Below are positions 33,171 to 39,600 of a stretch of 42,217 bases of DNA, piece after piece. This DNA comes from Gammaproteobacteria bacterium (GTDB taxonomy: Bacteria > Pseudomonadota > Gammaproteobacteria > Burkholderiales > SG8-41). Where the stretch lies: NCBI GenBank assembly GCA_041497655.1, contig JBGQGU010000001.1:1-42217 (forward strand), given 5' to 3'. Below the pieces are notes generated by a model that was given only the letters and a program-made list of their open reading frames with translations, was not told the DNA's origin and made no database searches. Positions within the stretch are counted from its first letter, which is position 1. Each line of letters starts with the position of its first letter. The translations under genes and the position numbers were made by a program.

Positions 33171-34590
33171 AGGACCCGCAGCGGTTCCGGCGACAGCGCG
33201 CCCCGAGCAGGCTACGAGCTTCTGCGACCTGAAGCAAACCGTGCCACCCGCACGGAAGAACGAGAAACCCGACGGACTCGTGGTGGCCGGGCAGGAAGGG
33301 ACAGCGGTCTATGCACTCAGCGAGGACGCCCTGGCGCGGGCCTTCGCCGACCAGCACGGTGCAGTATTGCGCTTTTCGCATGATCGGGGACGCTGGTTGC
33401 TGTGGGACGACACTCGCTGGCGCGAGGACACAACGGACATTGCCTTCGAATGGTGCCGGCAGTTATGCCGAAACCTTAATATCGAGGGCAAGAGAAACTG
33501 GTCGAAAGCGGCCGTGGCTTCGGCCGTGGAACGCTTCTGTCGGGCAGACCGTGCGTTTGCCGTGCGCGGCGATGAGTGGGATACCGGTCCGTGGTTGCTG
33601 GGCACTCCGGGTGGGACCGTGGACCTGTGCACGGGCGAGCTACGTCCAGCCGACCCTGCTGATCTCATTACCCGCTCGACGCTGGTTGCGCCAGCCGAGG
33701 GTGAGCCGCGGCTGTGGCGTCAGTTCCTCGCGCAAGTGACGCAGGGCGACGAGGAGCTGGAACTCTTCCTGCGGCAGATCGCCGGCTACGCGCTCACCGG
33801 AGACACTCGCGAAGAGTGCCTGTTCTTCATCTATGGCCTAGGTGGCAATGGTAAAGGAACCTTCATCGGCGCCCTGCACGAGATCCTGGGCGACTACGCC
33901 GCTAGCGCCGCAATGGACACGTTTCTTGCATCGCGCTTCGCTCGGCATTCAACCGACGTTGCGATGCTCCGTGGCGCGCGCCTCGTGATCGCCTCCGAGA
34001 CCCAAGAGGGCCGATCTTGGGACGAGCAACGGGTAAAGGCCATGACCGGAGGCGACGTACTCACCGCGCGCTTCATGCACATGGACAACTTCAGCTATCG
34101 ACCGACGTTCAAGTTGTTGCTGTGGGGAAACCATAAGCCCGTACTCAAGACCGTGGACGATGCCTGGCGGCGGCGCTTTCATATCGTGCCATTTACCTAC
34201 AAGCCAGAGAAACGGGACGGCACCCTCAAGGAACGCCTACGGCAAGAATACCCGCAGATTCTGCGCTGGGCGATAGATGGCAGTCTCGACTGGCAGCAGC
34301 ACGGCCTAACCGTGCCAGCTCGCGTCAAGGCCGAAACCTCCAACTACTTCTCGGCACAGGACACATTCACCGCCTGGATCGAGGACCGCTGCGAAAGCAG
34401 CCGACTAGGCGCGGAGACCAATGCCGCCCTGTTCAGTTCGTGGCATAAATTCGCCGAGGACGCGGGCGAAAACGCCGGCTCATCCCGCTCTATGGCCGAC
34501 CGGATCGAGGCGCATGGCTTCCGACGTATCAAAGACGAGTCCGGCATCCGAGGCCGTGGCTTCGCCGGAATTCGACTCAAAGTATTATGA
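33163..34590 (+). CDS. phage/plasmid primase, P4 family C-terminal domain / D5-like SF3 NTPase
   Basis: D5_N-like WLLGTPGGTVDLCTGELRPADPADLITR, Walker A YGLGGNGKGTF, Walker B ARLVIASE and FKLLLWGNHKP...RRRFHIVPF, as in the TIGR01613-type primase/helicase of P4-like elements. Confidence 0.8.
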   Translation: MAKGPAAVPATARPEQATSFCDLKQTVPPARKNEKPDGLVVAGQEGTAVYALSEDALARAFADQHGAVLRFSHDRGRWLLWDDTRWREDTTDIAFEWCRQLCRNLNIEGKRNWSKAAVASAVERFCRADRAFAVRGDEWDTGPWLLGTPGGTVDLCTGELRPADPADLITRSTLVAPAEGEPRLWRQFLAQVTQGDEELELFLRQIAGYALTGDTREECLFFIYGLGGNGKGTFIGALHEILGDYAASAAMDTFLASRFARHSTDVAMLRGARLVIASETQEGRSWDEQRVKAMTGGDVLTARFMHMDNFSYRPTFKLLLWGNHKPVLKTVDDAWRRRFHIVPFTYKPEKRDGTLKERLRQEYPQILRWAIDGSLDWQQHGLTVPARVKAETSNYFSAQDTFTAWIEDRCESSRLGAETNAALFSSWHKFAEDAGENAGSSRSMADRIEAHGFRRIKDESGIRGRGFAGIRLKVL

Positions 34591-34594
34591 CCGC

Positions 34595-34692
34595 TGCGAC
34601 GAATGCGACGAATGCGACGCAGTTGCTATATAGATACATTCCCGCGCGCGCTAATGACACTCCACATAGCAGTGCGTCGCAACCGTCGCAAC
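34595..34692. repeat. iteron-like repeat cluster (candidate replication origin or packaging site)
   Basis: TGCGACGAA, TGCGACGAA, TGCGACGCA in tandem (34595-34621), then an AT-rich spacer (TATATAGATACATT), then CGTCGCAAC x2 in tandem (34675-34692). The second set carries the reverse complement of the TGCGACG core. Confidence 0.6.
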
Positions 34693-34722
34693 TCCTGACA
34701 CCAGACTCACCACGGAGACCTT

Positions 34723-35478
34723 GTGACCAAAACCAAACCCGCTAAGAGAAAACCCGGCCGACCCCCGCTCGAATACGACCAGAAGATCGGGGATGCAATC
34801 TGCGTACACCTCGTCAATGGCAAGTCGTTGAGCGAAATCTGCAGGCGGAAAGGCATGCCGTCGAAAGACACCGTCTACAAGTGGATTCGGCAGCACCCCT
34901 CGTTTGCCGACGTTTCCGCGCGCGCACGCGAGGACCAAGGCGATACCTATGCTGATCGCGTCCTGGAGCTGGAAAAGAGAGTAACCGCGGCGAACGCGCA
35001 GGCGATGAAGGTCAGGATCGACGCCTTGAAATGGGCTGCGGGCGTCCGCAGGCCCCGGCGCTACGGCGCGGCTGCGCACGTAACCGTTGATGCCGACGTG
35101 CGCGTTGAGCGCGGCGAGGTGGACCGCGATCACATGTTGATCGAAACCGGTCGCTCGGTTGGTCTAATCATGGAAATGGCGCGCGAGGCGGTCGAACGCC
35201 AGAGCGTACCGCGGCTTGCCGCGCCCGCTGAGCCCCGCCAGGACGGTGCAGCCGAGGCGCTAGAGGCTGGCGCTGCTGCTGGTGGCCCGGCTGGCGTCGA
35301 GGAAAGCGAGGTCGCGCGACAGCTCGAAGCCGAAGCCGCCGCCAAGCGCGAGGAGGCAAACGCGCGCTCGACGGAACGGCTGTTCGAAAAAGAGGTCGGC
35401 ATGCAGATTCGTTCGCGCAACAGCCTCCCGAGTTCTGCTCACTCGGGCAGAGTGCCGTTCACCGCGAGGCGGCGATGA
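34723..35478 (+). CDS. terminase small subunit-like DNA-binding protein
   Basis: KPGRPPLEYDQKIGDAICVHLVNGKSLSEICRRKGMPSKDTVYKWIRQHPSFADVSARAREDQGDTYADRVLEL...RIDALKWAAGVRRPRRYG matches the GRP.kY...HTH...F...Y.rA+..qAd...deil.i...R..id.rKW...K..PkkYG pattern of proteobacterial phage TerS proteins as I remember it. GTG start after GGAGA. Confidence 0.55.
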   Translation: MTKTKPAKRKPGRPPLEYDQKIGDAICVHLVNGKSLSEICRRKGMPSKDTVYKWIRQHPSFADVSARAREDQGDTYADRVLELEKRVTAANAQAMKVRIDALKWAAGVRRPRRYGAAAHVTVDADVRVERGEVDRDHMLIETGRSVGLIMEMAREAVERQSVPRLAAPAEPRQDGAAEALEAGAAAGGPAGVEESEVARQLEAEAAAKREEANARSTERLFEKEVGMQIRSRNSLPSSAHSGRVPFTARRR

Positions 35479-35601
35479 AGATGGCAGTGATCGAGTGGCA
35501 CGCGCAGGCGATGAAAGCGGAGCATTTGTCCGCCATACTCCATAGCTATTTTGTCGCCTTGCGCGGTCCTACCCACGTATCTACCCACGCTGGAGATAAC
35601 G

Positions 35602-35898
35602 ATGATTGATCCCGCCGACCCGCGGCTCGGACCCGCCATCTTGGCGGCCGTGGCCGCAGCCGAGAAGGCGGTCGATGACGGCAACCGTGACCTATTCCGC
35701 CGTGCTGTAACCGTTATGTTTGAGTTCTTTGAGCGTTGCGAGGACCAGTCGGCCATGCGTAATGACTCCCGGCATGGGGGGTTTGGCAGCGGGCAAGTTA
35801 TACGGGGGGTCTCAGTTTTTAGCAACACTTCCAAAAATCCGCCTTTTTCTGCTTTCACGCTCGCGGTCGGTGTCTTTTTGAAAAATAATTCCTGGTGA
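35602..35898 (+). CDS. hypothetical protein
   Basis: 98-aa ORF after RBS GGAGA; its stop overlaps the next start (GTGA at 35895-35898). Confidence 0.4.
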   Translation: MIDPADPRLGPAILAAVAAAEKAVDDGNRDLFRRAVTVMFEFFERCEDQSAMRNDSRHGGFGSGQVIRGVSVFSNTSKNPPFSAFTLAVGVFLKNNSW

Positions 35899-36287
35899 GC
35901 GACTTAAGCCTACTGCTGCAGCATCGGGCGCGGATCTTGAGCGCGATTTTCTCCTCGACGGCCTTTGCGCCGTGCGCTGGCGAGCTGGTCGCATTCCTTG
36001 AACATCATCTGGATGCGGCGCAGGGCCGCGCTGAAGCCGCGCCCGAACGCAGCCATGCGCGCTCTGCGACGATTCGGGCCGGCATCCGGCAAGCGGTAGC
36101 TGCGCTGCCGCTTGACGTCTCGGGCTTGGCCGGTGTCGTGCTGCGGCGCATCGCGAACAAGGGTCCGGCGTTCTACGGGCTGCAGCGCGTTCCCGACATC
36201 GAGACGATCCGCGCCGTGCTGCGCTCAATGAGGGACGAAAGAAAGTCGAAGGTTTCGGAACCGAACTCCACCCATTCGCACGGATGA
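35895..36287 (+). CDS. hypothetical protein
   Basis: 130-aa ORF with a GTG start, coupled to the preceding gene. No motif recognised. Confidence 0.4.
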   Translation: MSDLSLLLQHRARILSAIFSSTAFAPCAGELVAFLEHHLDAAQGRAEAAPERSHARSATIRAGIRQAVAALPLDVSGLAGVVLRRIANKGPAFYGLQRVPDIETIRAVLRSMRDERKSKVSEPNSTHSHG

Positions 36288-36330
36288 GGCTGCTACTGTG
36301 CAGGCAACCGACACCCCAAGGGGGATTTGC

Positions 36331-36903
36331 ATGGCAAACGAAGCGAAGGCAGCAGCAGCGACAGCAGCAACCGTGAAGCCGATCAGCTCGGCGCCGTCAC
36401 AGGGCAAGGCGGCGAAGCCGGAACTCAAACCGCTCAAGCGCGGGGACGCGTCCTTACGGGAAATTGTCAATAACGTGTGGACCGTCTGGGTCGAGGCGGG
36501 CATGAGCGCGGCGGAGCTGGACATGCACGCCGTGTACTGGAATGGGCTCTCGGACGACGTTCGACGAGGCGACTCGATCGAGGCCGGCGCGAAGGATGGT
36601 TCCTGGTATGCGGATTTCAAGGTGGTGGATGCGAACGTGGGCCGCGTCTGGGCGCGGCTCAAGTGGGCGGGCGAAGGCGCACCCCGTCTGTCCGCAGCGG
36701 GCGAACCCAAGCCGGTGCCGGGGGGCTTTCACATTGAACGCACGAAGCCGGGAGAGCCTGACGGCTACATCGTGATTCGCGAGTCCGACGGGTTTAAATT
36801 CATGGACTCCGGGATGCCGTGGAAAACCTATCAGGAATGTTACGAAGCTTTTCTGAAGCACGCGATTTTCGCGGGAGATCAACCGACCAAATACGTATCG
36901 TAG
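36331..36903 (+). CDS. hypothetical protein
   Basis: ATG 36331 is preceded by AAGGGGGA; the ORF track begins at GTG 36298. It has an Ala/Lys-rich N-terminus followed by a globular part. Confidence 0.45.
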   Translation: MANEAKAAAATAATVKPISSAPSQGKAAKPELKPLKRGDASLREIVNNVWTVWVEAGMSAAELDMHAVYWNGLSDDVRRGDSIEAGAKDGSWYADFKVVDANVGRVWARLKWAGEGAPRLSAAGEPKPVPGGFHIERTKPGEPDGYIVIRESDGFKFMDSGMPWKTYQECYEAFLKHAIFAGDQPTKYVS

Positions 36904-36916
36904 CGAAAGGGCGCAC

Positions 36917-37279
36917 ATGGCATACGGCGGATCATCTGAAATTAAGCTTATTGCAGGTGACCCGGCATGGGCGCCCGGCAGCGCGATTTTTTCGCGCGTG
37001 TCGAGTGATGTAAGCACCGATTTCGCAGGAATCACTGGATACCTGACGGGCGCAGGCGCGACCCCATTTCGTCAGGGCGTGTCGCTCAACGCAGGCCCGA
37101 CGCTAGGGATGCGGGTCGGGGATTTGCTTGTCCACATTCAAACCACTGCCGCTCCCCGGCCGGGTGTCGTGTCGTGGCACTCCGTCGTCAGCTCAACCGC
37201 GAATTTCAGCACGGCGTCGGCATCATATTTCAGCACCGGATCGTACGACGTGACTCTCTCGTCGGCCTCCACCGCGTGA
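36917..37279 (+). CDS. hypothetical protein (Ser/Thr/Ala-rich, possibly structural)
   Basis: 120-aa ORF starting 14 nt after the previous stop. No motif recognised. Confidence 0.4.
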   Translation: MAYGGSSEIKLIAGDPAWAPGSAIFSRVSSDVSTDFAGITGYLTGAGATPFRQGVSLNAGPTLGMRVGDLLVHIQTTAAPRPGVVSWHSVVSSTANFSTASASYFSTGSYDVTLSSASTA

Positions 37280-37414
37280 TGGATTCGATGGATTCAAGAG
37301 TTGTAGGTGGTGTCATGGTAGTGCCATGTTGTGCTCCTCCTGCGCCCCGCCGGTTTCCGGGATTCTCCTCCCCCGGATTCCGGCGGCAAGCGCGATTGAA
37401 CAAATGAGCGCAGC

Positions 37415-38080
37415 GTGAGCGACGAAACCAAAACCGCAACCGGCGCCGCAGATCAACCGGCTCCGCCTGAATTTCGGACCGATTGGGAACGCGTGACCGG
37501 CGTTAAATCGCCCACCCGCGATGCGGAATACCGCGATTTCCGGGATGCTCAACGCGCGGAAGTGGGACTCTCCGACTGGCACGATAGCGGAGAAGAAAAC
37601 GCGAACGTCAGGCTTATAAACAACCGTCTGAACCGCATGCCGCCGGAGGAACGCGCCGCATACGAAAGCGGAGTCACGGCGGACGGCACGCGCTTACTTA
37701 ACGACCCTGCGACGTTGAGGAAGCTTGCCGCGGAGGCGCGACAGTCTCCGGCCGTGCTCACGGAGGCCGCGAAAAAGCACAACGGGAACGAACGGGCCGC
37801 GATTGAATCGTTGATGGCGGACCGGAATTCGATTTATTGGAAATCTGCCGATTCGGAAAACCTCCAGGCGCGCTACAGAGATTTAATCAGGGAATCGGAG
37901 GTCGTCCACGACACCATCGCCGCGAGCCCGAAGGAGGACCTGGATCGCCTATGGGCCTTCGTGCGTGAGCACGCGAACGAGACAGGGTTCGAGCGGACAT
38001 TCGTTTCGGAATTTGTCGCGAAGGGTTTGAGTGTGAACGAGGCGCATGCCGCCGCGCTTTTTTTCATGGAAAAACTGTGA
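37415..38080 (+). CDS. hypothetical protein
   Basis: 221-aa ORF with a GTG start; its stop overlaps the next start (GTGA at 38077-38080). Confidence 0.4.
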   Translation: MSDETKTATGAADQPAPPEFRTDWERVTGVKSPTRDAEYRDFRDAQRAEVGLSDWHDSGEENANVRLINNRLNRMPPEERAAYESGVTADGTRLLNDPATLRKLAAEARQSPAVLTEAAKKHNGNERAAIESLMADRNSIYWKSADSENLQARYRDLIRESEVVHDTIAASPKEDLDRLWAFVREHANETGFERTFVSEFVAKGLSVNEAHAAALFFMEKL

Positions 38081-38712
38081 GCTGGCTATCCCGCAAAGTT
38101 CTCAACCTCTCGGACCCGTTCGGTATCGAGCGGAAGATTCCCGGCTCACCCGCGGCGTTGAACGTCGCTATTGATTATGGCAAGTGGGGCAAACCGTACG
38201 GTAAGGATCGGAGTTTTGGCGACATCGCAGGAGGCGGGACCGTACTCTCGCAGAATCCGCGCTACCGCGACATCGGGCGGGCGATCGGCACGGCGTTCGC
38301 CATCTACGGCGGATACAGCGCAATGGGCGCTGGTGGCGCTACAGGTGGAGCTGCGGCTGGAACTGCGGCCGGCGGGGCAAGCGCCGGCACGGCCGCTGGT
38401 GGTGGTACTGTCGCAGCGGGTGCCGGAGCGGGCGCGAGTTCGGCCCTGGCTACCGCGAAAACCCTCGCGACCCTCATCACGCCTATTGCCTCGCTCATCA
38501 GCGCAGCCAGTGCTGCCAGCACAGCAAAGAGCGCCCGCGAGTCGCTCGGGGCCGGCCCGCAGGTCTCGCCGCCCGTCACCATGCCGATCTTCGGTTCTCA
38601 GGACAATCTCGACGCGATGCGGGCAAGCATTCGCGAGCAACTGGTTCGGAGAGGCCGCGCTTCCACCATATTGACGAGCGAGGCTGCTACTGGCGATCGG
38701 TTGGGGGGGTAA
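38077..38712 (+). CDS. hypothetical Gly/Ala-rich protein
   Basis: Central low-complexity tract GAGGATGGAAAGTAAGGASAGTAAGGGTVAAGAGAGASSALATAKTLATLITPIASLISAASAAS and a C-terminal RRGRASTILT motif. Its stop overlaps the next ATG (TAATG at 38710-38714). Confidence 0.45.
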   Translation: MSWLSRKVLNLSDPFGIERKIPGSPAALNVAIDYGKWGKPYGKDRSFGDIAGGGTVLSQNPRYRDIGRAIGTAFAIYGGYSAMGAGGATGGAAAGTAAGGASAGTAAGGGTVAAGAGAGASSALATAKTLATLITPIASLISAASAASTAKSARESLGAGPQVSPPVTMPIFGSQDNLDAMRASIREQLVRRGRASTILTSEAATGDRLGG

Positions 38713-39596
38713 TGATCTCGGCTACGGAGGCTGGCCTGCAGCGAGTGCGCGAGCAGCTCGACCGACTGCAGACTGAACGCAGGCAATTCGAGGAACGCGA
38801 CGCCGTTGCTCGGGCCGAGCGGCTGGCTACCGATCGCCCGCCTGCGGCAACGGCGGAGGAGTCGTTATCTCGATTACGGCGGAAGCTTGATGCGCTGCGG
38901 CGGGAGCGCGCCACCCTCGACGAAGCGTCCACGCGCGCAGCCGTGGAGCGGCGCGGGCAGCTCGATGTCGATTTCGAGGCTAGGGGAGAGGCGCGGCTGG
39001 CCCGCGTACGTGGTGAAATTGGAGTCCTTAGCGATCAACGTGCGCAACTAGAGGAAACGCGGCGCATCGAGGCCGAGCGACCCTTACGCGAGCGGCTCGA
39101 AGCGGAGTACCGGGAAAATGCGGCGCAGGATAAAGCGATTGTCGAGCTGCGGGCGGCCCTCCAAGCGGAGTATAAGACGCGCAAGGAACTCGATGCGAGG
39201 CAGTGGCGCAAGACCGAGTTGGCGCTTCTCGATCAGCTTGAGGCCGAGACGAAGCCAAAGCTGGATGAGGCCGAAGCTCGGGTGATTGAGGCTGAAGAAC
39301 GGCTCGCGGATCAGTTCAAGCAACGATCCGAGGCCGAGCGTCGAGCAACTGAAGCAGAGCAAAGCCTCGCGGGAGAGCGCGAGCGGCAGCAATCCACCGC
39401 GCCCCAGGCGGTTCAGTCTGCTGACATCGGCCCGGAGCCTGAGTGGGATTTCTACTTCGAGCGCGGTGGCGATGATCTAATCCGTAGCATCAGAATTTCC
39501 GAAAAAGCGGGCGGCCGCAGCTATACGGTAGACGTTCACCGCAATCCAGACAGCATGATTCGCGGCGCGACGGTACGTGGAGAAACCGTCCATTAG
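38712..39596 (+). CDS. hypothetical Arg/Glu-rich coiled-coil protein (scaffold-like)
   Basis: Long heptad-like charged repeats (LQRVREQLDRLQTERRQFEERD..., RLEAEYRENAAQDKAIVELRAALQAEYKTRKELDARQWRK...). Confidence 0.45.
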   Translation: MISATEAGLQRVREQLDRLQTERRQFEERDAVARAERLATDRPPAATAEESLSRLRRKLDALRRERATLDEASTRAAVERRGQLDVDFEARGEARLARVRGEIGVLSDQRAQLEETRRIEAERPLRERLEAEYRENAAQDKAIVELRAALQAEYKTRKELDARQWRKTELALLDQLEAETKPKLDEAEARVIEAEERLADQFKQRSEAERRATEAEQSLAGERERQQSTAPQAVQSADIGPEPEWDFYFERGGDDLIRSIRISEKAGGRSYTVDVHRNPDSMIRGATVRGETVH

Positions 39597-39600
39597 CCCG

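Noticed and set aside
37278-37295. Tandem GATGGATTC x2 after the 36917..37279 gene
   Set aside because: Only two copies of a 9-mer overlapping a stop codon, with no supporting structure. Most likely chance.
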